Program-made: the position numbers and the translations under genes
Part shown: positions 22,511 to 34,770 of the stretch, one piece after another
How the letters are laid out: each line of letters begins with the position of its first letter
How positions within the stretch are numbered: the first letter of the stretch is position 1
The notes under the pieces: generated by a model
The model's database searches: none
The model's input: the letters and a program-made list of their open reading frames with translations, nothing else
What the model was told of the DNA's origin: nothing
Source of the DNA: Eledone cirrhosa
Lineage: Eukaryota
NCBI GenBank assembly: GCA_964016885.1
Contig: OZ024742.1
Location: 225,866,001 to 225,930,000 of the forward strand
Direction of reading: 5' to 3'
Length of the DNA stretch: 64,000 bases

Positions 22511-23803
22511 TGGAAGCACGGCCTAGAGTCAAAAGGACTTAAAATTAACCTGGCTAAGACCAAAGTACTAGTTTGTAGGAAAGAAAACAAGGCGGCGGTC
22601 CCTTCTGGGAAATGGTCGTGCTCGGTGTGTAGGAAAGGCGTAGGTAGAAACTCCATTTTATGTCCTAAATGCAAAGTATGGGTGCATAAAAGATGTAGTG
22701 GGATCACAGGTAAGCTAACTAAGAACATAGATTTTACATGTGGCCGGTGCTCTGGTGCAATAAGTAGCAGCAAGTGCCCACAAAATACTAGCTCTTTCAA
22801 TTGCGCAGAGGGTTCTATAGAAATAGTGGACAGCTTCCGTTACCTGGGCGATAAAATCAGCAGTGGGGGAGGGTGCTCTGAAAGTACTGTAGCTAGAGTC
22901 AGAACTGGTTGGAAAAAGTTCAGAGAGCTTATACCACTATTAGCTGCTAAAGGGTTCTCCCTAAAAATGAAAGGCAGGTTGTACGATGCCTGCATACGAA
23001 CAGCAATGTTGCATGGCAGTGAGACCTGGGCATTGTGTGCAGAGGATATACGCAGACTAGAGAGGAACGAAGCTTGCATGCTCCGCTGGATGTGTAACAG
23101 TAATATACGTGAACGGCAAAGCATAAACGAACTAAGGAAAAAATTAGAGATAAGAGGGATCAGATGTTGTTTACTCGAGAGAAGGCTACGTTGGTATGGA
23201 CACGTGATGCGCATGAAAGTCGATAGCTGTATAACAAAGTGCAGGGCAATAAAGATAGACGGTAGTCACGGAATAGGCAGACCTAGAAAAACCTGGGACG
23301 AGCTGATAAACTCCGACATCACACACTTACACCTCTCCAAGACAATGTCACTGGACCGAGACCTTTGGCGGTACTCAGTAATAGAGAAGACCCGCCTTAC
23401 CTAAATATATAGTAAAACCTACTCCAGCCAGTAGGCATCTCTAACAAAATACACCCCGTCCCACCACCTCCACCCCCACCCCATCCACACCACCCCGTTC
23501 TATGTAAAGTTATGTTGGTGCCGCGCCATCGAGGCCGAAACAAATGAGATCGTGTAGGTGTCACGACAAAAAAACACACAGTCCACGCTGTAATGTGGCC
23601 GTGTAGGCAACACGGTAAAAACCTCCCAGACCCACACTGTAAATGTGGTTGGTGTTAGGAAGGGCATCCAACTGTAGAAAACCTGCCAGATAGTCCTATG
23701 CGAGCAAGACAATCACTCTTGCCTCAAGTGGGACTACCCCCGTCCAAACCCATGCAAGCGTGGAACACGGACGTTAAACGTTGATGATGATGATGATGAT
23801 GAT
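22511..23803 (+). mobile_element. Young 5'-truncated RTE LINE
   Basis: Uninterrupted 299-aa ORF 22505..23404 (finger plus RT C-terminus), full 3' UTR, (GAT)n tail. Confidence 0.96.
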
Positions 23804-24714
23804 AATTACATTGAAAATAAGACCAAATTCTGCTAATTATATCATATTTTAATTAACATATATTTCATCCATCATACTGCATATATACCTAATTATTAAT
23901 TAATTAATTATATAATCCAATAATTGGAATTTTCAAAATTAATAAAACATATACATAAACATTAGTATTAAGGAATGTATGCTTTTTTTAAAAAATTGTA
24001 TGTAGCGTTATGAAATGTTTACTGTAATATATCTCGTATTTTTGAACTGTTAAAACTTCTTCACCTACCCTTATCTGTTTTCATGTTTGAAAACAACTGA
24101 CTCTATAATATATATATATCAGATAAATATTCAGATAGTGTCTCAGACTCAATGTAATGCAACAATCAGCATGATGAGACAAATCTTCTCATCAATGGTA
24201 CTATCCATGAAAGTGATTAGAAATTAAACTTTATATAAGTAAATCCGATGAGCTATATGAATGCTGTGGTAGAGAGTACACAACTAATAATGCAAAATAG
24301 CAAAGATGAAAAATTAAGATATTTTATTCTTCTGACTCATTTTTACAGAAAGGAGCAAGGGTGGGACATCATATATAGTGTATATACAATTTATATAGCA
24401 GTTGTGATAACACTCATGCCAAGTTATATCAGCCTTTGCCTTTTCCTTGGATCATATTAGTGGTGTGGAGAAATGAAACTGAAATGCATGGGTAATAGCT
24501 GATCTTTCACACAAAACACCCTGCTCAGGTTTGTTCTTGGAGAGGTAAACAAATGGTCTGTAAGTCATATATACATACGTCATTGACAATCATGATTAAA
24601 CAGGGCTCTTTCTTTTCCTAGCAGGGAAATATTTCAGATATCATTGTAGGATTTGTAGCCATAAACAAAACCTGATATTTCAACTTGAGTTTCTGTCTTG
24701 TTATTTTCTTGTAG

Positions 24715-24761
24715 AGAAGATAATTCGAGAAATAGAGAAAGAAAAAGAGCGACAACCGCAG
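24715..24761 (+). CDS. HYDIN: HYDIN short exon (KIIREIEKEKERQPQ)
   Basis: ttcttgtag / gtgagt, 47 nt, phase 1-0; supplies the phase change needed between flanking exons. Confidence 0.85.
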
Positions 24762-25269
24762 GTGAGTTGAAGAAGAAAAAAAAAACCTATATAATATCTT
24801 TTATTATATTGACAAAGTCGTTAAAGTGGCAGATTGTCTGAGTCATTAGGACATTGGATTAAAAATGCCTCAAGTTCAAATTCGGAGTTTAAATTCTGCA
24901 GAGGTCAACTTTACCTTTCATCCTTTTGAAGCTGATAAATAAGGTGCCAGTCCAGTACGGGTGTCAATTATCTCTCTCTTTCTCTAACCTAAAGAAAATA
25001 TGGGCTCCACCAGGTTTAAAATGCCCAAGACATGTATGCCAGGATGGTGCCCCTACGACTCCATCAGGAGTTAATTGTTGATAGGATGCTGAATTAACTC
25101 TTAATATCCTGTAATAATTTAGTAGAAAATATTTTAAAATGAAATTGTTAATTCAAATGTTTGTAGTATTTTTACTAGTGGACAGATTGTTGTGAACATT
25201 TTTAGCATTAGGGTAAGGACTTTCATATTTATGACTAAAATTAATGTTGTGTATGCATAGTTGTTAATA

Positions 25270-26020
25270 TATTACATAATAAAATGCATCAGTAGACTCT
25301 GTAAAGTAGTAGTGATGGTGCCATGATAAAATTCACCCTGTAAAGTGGTAATGGTGGTAACAGGATAAAATTCAGCCAGCACATTCAGTAAAGTGGTAGT
25401 GGTAGTGCCATACTAAAATGCATCCACTTCACTCTGTTATATATGCATGGTTGTTAATATATTACATAATAAAATGCATTCAGTACACTCTGTAAAGTAG
25501 TAGTGCTGGTGCCATGATAAAATTCATCCAGTACACTCTGTAAAGTAGTAGTGCTGGTGCCATGATAAAATGCACCCAGTACACTCTGTAAGGTGGCAGT
25601 GATGGTGCTATAATAAAATGCATCCAGTACACGCTGTAAAGTGGTAGTGGTGGTAATATTATAAAATACACCCTGTATACTCTGTAAGGTGGCAGTGATG
25701 GTGCCAAGATAAAATACATCCACTTTACTCTGTAAAGTGGTAGTGGTGGTGACATGATAACATGCACCCAGTACACTCAATAAAGTGGTAGTGCTGGTGT
25801 CATGATAAAATGCACCCAGTACATGCTGTAAAGTTGTAGTGTGATACCATGCACCTAGTAGACTCTGAAAGGTGGTTGGCTTTAGGAAGGTCAACTAGCC
25901 ATAGAAACCAAACCAAATATAGAATGTCTGAGCAAGATGATGTTGCTCCAACATATCTGATCTAGAACCATGGCAACTCAACCAATCCATTACAGCATCG
26001 AAAACAGATGTATAATGAGG
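25270..26020 (+). repeat. Degenerate 48-bp minisatellite ending in an RTE-type tail
   Basis: Units like gtggtagtgctggtgccatgataaaatgcacccagtacactctgtaaa; same family as 58290-59680. Confidence 0.85.
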
Positions 26021-26694
26021 ATGGTGGCATTAATTAAAGACAACTCAACTCAAAATATATGCTGTAAAGAAAAATATTAATAAACTAAATGCAATTAGTA
26101 ACAGATATTATTATGGCACTACCACCATCACTTTATTGAATGTATGTACTGGTTGAATGTCAACTCCACTGCCTCATTATAGAGTATACTGGGTGCATTT
26201 TATTGTGGCACCAATGTTACTACTTTACAGAATGTACTAGATGCATTTTATTATGCACTATATTAACAACCACACATATACAACATTAGTTTTTGCCATA
26301 AATTTGAAAATCCTTATTCTAATGCTAAACATTTTTGCAACAAACTGTCCACTAGTAAAGATATTACAAACATTTGAATTAACAAATTAATTTTTAAATA
26401 TTGTAAAATTAATTTGTTAATTCAAATGCTTGTAGTATCTTTACTAGTGAACAGATTGTTGTAATATATTACAATACATTTTCAAAAGCTAAATATTCTA
26501 ATTAACTGTTAATTCATCTTACTACTGTGTTTTGATTTGGAACATGATGTTAAGAATTTGTCCAACCCATACCAGCACAGAAAATTTGATGTAAAAGCAA
26601 TGATTAAGATGATATCACAAGGCATTTTGAAAAACAAAATATACCAATCAGGTGTTAATTCCTTAATTAAATCATTGCTATTCATATATAAAAA

Positions 26695-27410
26695 AAGGTT
26701 TCCCCCTCAAAATGATGGGTAGATTGTATGATGCATGTATACGAACAGTAATATTGTATAGTAGTGAGGCCTAGGTGCTGTGTGCAGAAGACCTCTGAAG
26801 ATTGGCAAGAAATGAAGCTTGCATGCTCTGATGGATGTGTAATAGTAATATACATGAGTTGCAAAGTGTAAATTAATTGAAAGAGAAACTGGGCATAAGA
26901 GAGATCAGAGGCAGTGTGCAGGAGAGGAGATTGAGTATGGGCATGTGATGTGTATGAAACATGGCAGCTGTATAAAAAGGTGCAGGGCACTCAAAGTTGA
27001 TGGAAGCTATGGAGTAGGAAGACTTGGGATGAAGTGATAAAAGCTGACCTTGCACAATTTCACCTCACAAAGGTGATGACACAGGATCAAGATCTTTGGC
27101 CGTTATGCAGTAATACAGAAGACCCGCCTTCCCCAGTGCACAGGTTGAAGCATACATCGAAGTGGTCGTGTTGGTGTCACAACAAAAAGTGCCCTGCCCA
27201 CATTGTAAAGTAGTTGTTTAGGTACCACGATAAAAAGCACCCAGTCTACACTAAATGTGGTTGGTGTTAGGAAGGGCATTCAGCCATAGAAACCAAACCA
27301 GAAACAGTTCTGTATGAGCAAGATACAGTCACCTGACCTGACTTGTCACAAATAGGACAACATGTCTAACCCATGTTAGCATGAAGAAATGGACATTAAA
27401 TGGTGATATC
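26695..27410 (+). mobile_element. Degenerate RTE 3' fragment
   Basis: Homologous to the RT C-terminus and 3' UTR of the other copies, with stops. Confidence 0.85.
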
Positions 27411-27585
27411 TTGCTACTCTATTTTGATGTGGTATAAGGAAGTGTTAATTGCCTTGGTATTTGCTCTGGCTCTCTGTGTTCTGAGTTCCAACCTCATCAC
27501 GGTCAACTTTGCCTTTCATCCTTTCAGGGTCAATCATCGGTTGTCATGATAACATTTTTTTAATTATTTTTTTTTTAATTTCTAG

Positions 27586-27768
27586 CCTTCAACCATCCAT
27601 TTAGAAAAGAAAGTTTCTATACCTCACTTTAATTCTGAAGAGCCTGAAACCAAGGAAAAGATAGATCCATCCCTTGGAATTCCTCATATTGTCATAGAGT
27701 GCAGTGATACTAATTTATCTTACTGCAATGATATCACAAGTAGTGGTAAACTTCCTGATGTTACTGAT
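27586..27768 (+). CDS. HYDIN: HYDIN exon (PSTIHLEKK...LGIPHIVIEC...SGKLPDVTD)
   Basis: tttctag / gtaaat, 183 nt, phase 0-0; GKLP motif runs into VLDGLGLGP of the next exon. Confidence 0.9.
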
Positions 27769-28989
27769 GTAAATATTGTTTTATCTATTCAAATGATTTT
27801 CAACCCTTTTATGACTAAATTTCTGTGGAAGATATTGCCTGTGATTTTCTTTTTTGTTTTTAAGTTTTGAAATTAGAATTAAGTAAAATAACTAATTTGC
27901 TGATTATATACCGGTATTTGGAGCATAACTTATCTCAGGTTCCTATGTAAATTATAATGGAAGGTTTTAGATTAATATAAACCGTTTAACCCTTTACCAT
28001 ATTTCTACTGAAAAACATTGCTGATGATTTTCAAATAATTTTGAAGATAATTAAGAATTTGACTGGATTTAGTAAAATAACTTTCTCATTATTAAGCAGA
28101 TGTTTAGAACATAAGTTAACAAAAGTTCTTATATAAAATTATGTAGGTTTTTAGATTAATATAAATACTTTAACTCTTTCTTTTTATGGAAATAAACATA
28201 AAATGTTGATGCTGACGATGATGATGACAACGACAACTGGGAAATACACTGCTTAGATTTTTTTTCTGTTAACTTTGAAAAATTATCAAGAATTTAGACA
28301 GATTTAGTAAAATAACTATTATTTTTTATAATTGCATTTATATATTTATGTTTGGAACACAATTTACCAAAGTGTCTTACATATAATCATGATGTAGTCT
28401 TAACATCTATATTAAACATTTTTAATTGGGTGGTTTATACAAGAATCAGGAGCGGTATTAGCTGGGTTAGTATCAAAAGGGTTAAAATAGACATTTTTGA
28501 ATTATAGAATCAGTCAGACAGGTTGGTATTGAATGGATTAAAATGGCTATCTTTGTAACATATAACATCGGAGATAGTCTTAGGCAAGTTGGTATTAAAA
28601 GGGTTAATTCTTTTTCTCCCCTCCCTATATTTTATAACCTACAAAATATCCCCAAATCTACCGATCTGCTTTAATCTTTTTTTTAGCAATCCGGCCAAAA
28701 TCAGTTCATTTTAAAGGGTTCTTATTTAAATTATAATCTTCCAACAATTTTATATCCTAGAATTTTTTTCAACAGACTGACGTGTGTTGAAAGTTGGAAT
28801 GAATCCTTACAGTATTTAGTATTGTTAGTTATCATTAACATTTCATCATCATCATCATCATCATCATTATTTAATGGCTATCTTCCATGCTAGCTTATTG
28901 CTGAGATTTACAAACTCTACAAACACATTTTGAAAACCAATCTGATGAAATACTTTACATTTTAATTATATTTTTTTAATTAATTTTAT

Positions 28990-29140
28990 AGGACTTCATG
29001 GTACACAATATTTGGTTTTAATTTCTTTTTTTCCTTTTTTCTTTTTAACAGCGAAAAATAAATTCTTAGGATTTCTTACTCTTGAGCATGCAACATACAA
29101 CAGGCCATGCATAAATATTTCTTTCTGGAGCCATACATTT
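28990..29140 (-). mobile_element. Helitron Pif1-like helicase C-terminal remnant
   Basis: FMHGLLYVACSRVRNPKNL...TK resembles the FSHGQLYVACSRV...TKNIV end of RepHel. Confidence 0.7.
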
Positions 29141-29873
29141 GTATATAAGAGTATATAAATATAAATGCGCAACCACAGACACACTTACAAAAATACACAC
29201 TCACAAATATACATTCATACAAATACACATACATTCACACAAACACACACAAACACACACAAACACACACACACACACACATATACATTCACACAAACAC
29301 ATACACTCACATACAGCGTAGCAAATGGAATGCCAGCCACTGTTTTGCTATAGTTTTTTCATCATCCCCTTCCTTCCTTTTACACACACATTGTGTGATG
29401 GATGGAAGTCACACAAATTCATATATAGAAAGAAGAACCATATGTTAATTTACAATCTTAGTAATGAAATAATCAATACTTTGAGTAAATCCCTCAAAAT
29501 GTTTCATTAACCCTCTGATACCAACCTGCTCAAAACTACTTCTGGTTTTATGAAACAAAACCACAACTCATCTTAAAGAAGGGTACCTATTTAAATTAAA
29601 ATCTTCTAACAATTTTATATAAGAACTATATATTAAGTTACTATCTTACTAATTTGATAATAATTTTTGTAAATCCCTCAAAATTAATTAATTGAAATAT
29701 TAAAAATACAATCACAAAGGTGTGCCTTTTGATACCAACCCTGCCAAACTGGGTTGAGTTCTAAGAACCAAATCCACCCATTTTGAAGGGTTTCTATTTA
29801 AATTTAAATTGCCCAAACATAATTTTTATATAAGAACCACACACACACCTACCTACTTACCTATATATATATA

Positions 29874-29967
<94 letters not shown>

Positions 29968-30221
29968 TTTACGTCCGCTTTTCCCTGCTTGCAAGGGTGG
30001 GACGGACATTGATTCTGGCTTGATTTCTACAGCTGGATGTCCTTCCTAACACCAACCTCATTTACAGTGAGTGCTGGGTGCTTTTTTCCCGTGGCACCTT
30101 CACGATATATATATGTATATATATATATATATAATTTGAAGTTAGAAAGCTATGAAAATGTGAAATTGACGAACAAGAAAATAAGATGAAGCAAGATGTT
30201 ATGTGTACCTTATTTATTTAT

Positions 30222-30267
30222 CTATCCTGATATTTCAAGATAAAATCACTTCTTCAGAGGGAAATAG
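30222..30267 (-). ncRNA. Degenerate minimal hammerhead
   Basis: Minus: CUAU-uuc-CCU CUGAAGA AGUGAU-UUU-AUCUU GAAA UA UC AGG-AUAG; core complete, stems imperfect. Confidence 0.45.
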
Positions 30268-30989
30268 GAAAGGACTAGTACACATACATAAATGCAGAGA
30301 TATATGTCATTGTTTTGCATCCACATATTTATGCTTGTATGGGCTGGAAGGTATCTTATGAGACAGTGTTTTATTTACCACATTAACCATATAAACTATA
30401 TATGTCAGGGCACACATGTACATCAATCTTCACATAGCCATTTAATACATTCATAAAGACATATGTTAAGTTACTATCTTAGTAGAGAAATCATTAATAC
30501 TTTTAGTAAATACCTCATAATTCTTCATGAATTAATTAAAATTGAGTGTATTTCATTAGATATAAGTTAACAAAAGTGTGAAGTGTTTTATTCATATGAA
30601 ATAAATTAAATAATAAAGTTTTAATTTAAATGTTAATAGACTATATGTGGAAAATTGGCAGAATCCTTACCGCATAGAACAAAATACCTTGCATTTTTTC
30701 CAGCTCTCTGCAATTTAAGTTCAAATCCTGCTGAAGTCAATTTTGCCTTTTATCCCTTCAGAGTTGTTGTTGTTCTTGTCACTGTCGCCACCACCGCCAC
30801 CCTCTGCCGCCTCCTCCTCCTCTTCTTTTTGACAAAGTACCAGATTGCATGACTGGCATGAATAAGACCAATACGAGGAGGAAAACAAAAAAGAACCATA
30901 CTGCATCGTCCTTCATGCAAGGGATGTGTTCAGGCCTTAGATAGAGGGGCCTGTTTGAAAAATATATTGCAGTCTCCATTTCATGCCGT

Positions 30990-32075
30990 AAAAACTAGCG
31001 ATGGGCTTGCAACCTGTCCTTGGAGCCGTGAGATGGATGCACAAAGATTGCATATCCCAAGACCCCAAAAAGGGTCCGGAAGGGAGCAGATCTTTGAAAC
31101 CTGGAACATCACAACCCTTACAGGTAATGAGCAGGAACTAGTGGAGGAGGCTAGATGTTATAGTCGGGGTCTCCTCAACAAAGTTCCATGGCTCTGATAC
31201 TGTAGACTTGGATGGAGGATAGAAATTCCACTATTAAGGTGTGGCACCAGAAATGAATGCATAGGTGGGAGTGGGGATACTCACGAGCCCCCATCTGTCA
31301 GAATGTGTTAAGGACTAGATCCCATTAGGGGGAGGATTTGCCTCTTCAAGCTTAGGCTGAAAGATAGGTCTCTGTGGGTGGTGCAAATTTATACACCAAA
31401 CAAGGAGCCCAAATATAAGTCCTTCCTTGATGAAGTCACTGCAGCGTTAGATGTAGTTAAGACTGAGTCATATATCCTGATGGGAGACTTCAATGTACAT
31501 GTTGGCACTGATCACCTGGCATGGAAAAGAGTGATTGGAAGAATGATGACCATGATCTAAATACAAATGGAGAGGCTAGCAATGGACACTCTATTATGAA
31601 CACCTTCTTCTAGCACAGACATCTATAAATATACATGGTATAAAGGGAATCAGGGACAGAGATCAATAATTGATTTTGTTATTGTGTCTATCTCTTCAAT
31701 TCTGTGCTGGATGTTCGTGTTAAGAGAGGAGCTGAGCTGTCAACTGATCACCATCTAGTTATCTGCAACTTGAGGCTAACTAAACCCAAGGAAGCCCACA
31801 GAACTGGCAGGTCCAGGGTGACCTACAAGATAAAGTGGGATGCATTGGTGGATAAGGAAGTCAGGACTAGGTATGCAGATACTATTCCATTTTAATTCAG
31901 AGAACTCCCTGAGCAAACTGAGGACGTTGAGACAGTAGAGATTGTTAAGCACAGCAGTGTCTGCTTCAGGTGGTAAATGCTGTGGATGAAATAGGCTTGG
32001 TGTGGTGCTGGATGACAGGAGGATTCCTTTGTTCAATCAAGAGGTCAAAGATGTCAGCTGAGCAAAGAAGGAGCC
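30990..32075 (+). mobile_element. Degenerate APE endonuclease region of a Rex3/Expander-like RTE LINE
   Basis: WNITTLTGNEQELVEEA, MGDFNVHVG, LDVRVKRGAELSTDHHLV. Confidence 0.85.
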
Positions 32076-32563
32076 CTTTACATTCTGAGTTCAAATCCTG
32101 CCAAGGTCAACTTTACCTTTCATCCTTCCAGAATCGATAAAATAAAGTGCCAGTCAAGTACTTGGGGCAGTATAATCAACTTTCCTCTTCCCTCAAAATT
32201 ACTGGCCTTATGCCTAAATTAAAAATCACTGTAAGTATAATTATAATAATTAATAATAAAAAGAGCAGTGGATTGGCAGTATTGGTAGAGTGTGAGACAA
32301 CATGCTTTGCAGCATATAATTACATCCCTTTACATTCTCAGTTCAAATCCCGTTGAGGTTAGCTTTTCCTTTCATCCTTACAGGGTCGATAAAATAAAAC
32401 ACCAGTGATGCACTGATGTTGATTTAATCAACTCCCCACCTCCCCAAAATTGTTAGCATTGTGCCTAAATCAGAAACGATTATAATAATATTTAGTTGTA
32501 TTGCTAATATATTCTTATTTTCAGTGTGACTAAATTGTGCCTTCTATTCTGTTTAACGTTTAG

Positions 32564-32715
32564 GTTCTAGATGGTCTTGGTTTAGGCCCAAATGGTCCAC
32601 CTATCCCACCATCGTCTACATTTGCTGTGGTACCATACCCAGTGAAAAGAAAAGCCCCAACTATTTCGGAGATATCAAAGCAGTACATTTTTGTGGCTTC
32701 CTCTCCTTCAGACCC
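32564..32715 (+). CDS. HYDIN: HYDIN exon (VLDGLGLGPNGPPIPPSSTFAVVPYPVKRK...SPSD)
   Basis: gtttag / gtaagt, 152 nt, phase 0-2; LGLGPxGPPIPP..F..V.YPVKR is a recognisable HYDIN motif. Confidence 0.95.
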
Positions 32716-33114
32716 GTAAGTATGTTTTAATAAAAGTATGTTTCACTAAAAGCTGCTATGTATGTGTGTATGTATGTATGTGTGTGTATGTATTTATGTG
32801 TGTGTGTGTATGTATTTGTGTGGTAGAAATGAAAGAAATCCATGTTGTAGCACACACACACATATCTATCATTATCATCATCACCAGTTAACATCCATTT
32901 TCTCTGCTAGCAAAGGTTGGGCAGTCCATCACAAATCACTTCAGTATTTAGTCAAAGCCAGTGACTTCTTAAACAGCCTTGGAGAGTTTTTGAAACAGCG
33001 AGTGAGTTTGAAATTAGAAATAAAAGTTTTCGCTGTATTTTTTACTAAAGAAATTTTAGCCTGATAGTGGGGTTTAGAACCCTCTAAGAAATGGTCTTTA
33101 CAATTGCTAATACT

Positions 33115-34356
33115 TAAGACTAAAGTTCTAGTTTGTAAGAAAGAAAATAAGGTGGCGGTCCCTTCCGGGAAGTGGCCATGCTCAGTGTGTAGGAAAGGCG
33201 TAGGTAGAAACTCCATTTTGTGTCCCAAATGCAAAGTATGGGTGCATAAAAGATGTAGTGGGATCACAGGTAAGCTAACTAAGAACATAGATTTTACATG
33301 TGGCCGGTGCTCTGGTGCAATAAGTAGCAGCAAGTGCCCACAAAATACTAGCTCCTTCAACTGCGCAGAGGGTTCTATAGAAATAGTGGACAGCTTCCAT
33401 TACCTGGGTGACAAAATCAGCAGTGGGGGAGGGTGCTCTGAAAGTACAGTAGCTAGAGTCAGAACTGGATGGAAAAAGTTCAGAGAGCTTATACCACTAT
33501 TAGCCGCTAAAGGGTTCTCCCTAAAAATGAAAGGCAGGTTGTATGATGCCTGCATACGAACAGCAATGTTGCATGGCAGTGAGACCTGGGCATTGTGTGA
33601 AGAGGATATACGCAGACTAGAGAGAAACGAAGCTTGCATGCTCCGCTGGATGTGTAATAGTAATATACGTGAACGGCAAAGCATAAACGAACTAAGGAAA
33701 AAATTAGAAATAAGAGGGATCAGATGTTGTTTACTCGAGAGAAGGCTACGTTGGTATGGTCACGTGATGCGCATGAAAGACAATAGCTGTATAACAAAGT
33801 GCAGGGCAATAAAGATAGACGGTAGCCACGGAATAGGCAGACCCAGAAAAACCTGGGACGAGCTGATAAATTCCGACCTCACACACTTTCACCTCACCAA
33901 GACAATGTCACTGGACTGAGACCTTTGGCGGTACTCAGTAATAGAGAAGACCCGCCTTACCTAAATACAAAGTAAAACCTACTACAGTCAGTAGGCATCT
34001 CTAACAAAATACACCCCCGTCCCACCACCCCCACCCCATCCACACCGCCCCTTTCAATGTAAAGTTATGTTGGTGCCACAACATCCAGGCCGAAACAAAT
34101 GAGATCGTGTAGGTGTCACGAAAAAAAAACACACAGTTCACGCTGTAATGTGGCCGTGTAGGCAACACGGTAAAAACCTCCCAGACCCACACTGTAAATG
34201 TGGTTGGTGTTAGGAAGGGCATCCAGCTGTAGAAAACCCGCCAGATAGTCCTATGCGTGCAAGATAATCACTCTTGCCTCAAGTGGGAAAACCCCCGTCC
34301 AAACCCATGCAAGCGTGGAACACAGACGTTAAACGTTGATGATGATGATGATGATG
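33115..34356 (+). mobile_element. Young 5'-truncated RTE LINE
   Basis: ORF 33104..33919 near-identical to 22505..23404; (GAT)n tail. Confidence 0.96.
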
Positions 34357-34697
34357 TATCGGTCGCAACTCTAGGTAGAAGGAGTAATGTGAAATAAAGT
34401 ATCTTGTTCAAGGACATAACGTACCACCTGGTCTGAGAATCAAACTCAGAACCTTACGATGGGGAATCCAATACTCAAAACACTCAGCCATGCGCCTATA
34501 CATATATTTATCATTTTTACATCCATTTTTACATCCATTTTTCTACATTTTCATAGGCTGGATGGGTCCTTTTCAGCCCATCATCTATCCACTTATCACG
34601 TTCCTTCATCATCTTCTCCGTGAGTTTCAGCAATTTGTTGAGATCAGCTCTCACAACCTGTGCCCAGGTCTTCCTTGATCTACGTCTGCTGTGGGTT

Positions 34698-34758
<61 letters not shown>

Positions 34759-34770
34759 TATATATATATA

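Larger units (their letters stand above)
20925..22512 (-). mobile_element. 3 x 466-bp tandem array with one hammerhead per unit plus about 170-bp terminal inversion (retrozyme or pLTR multimer)
   Basis: Units start 20925, 21391, 21857, partial 22323; about 22341-22512 is the reverse complement across the unit junction; left end abuts (TA)n. Confidence 0.85.

Noticed and set aside
22505-23404. 299-aa ORF as an independent host zinc-finger gene
   Set aside because: It is the C-terminal part of a 5'-truncated RTE ORF with several near-identical copies and a LINE tail.
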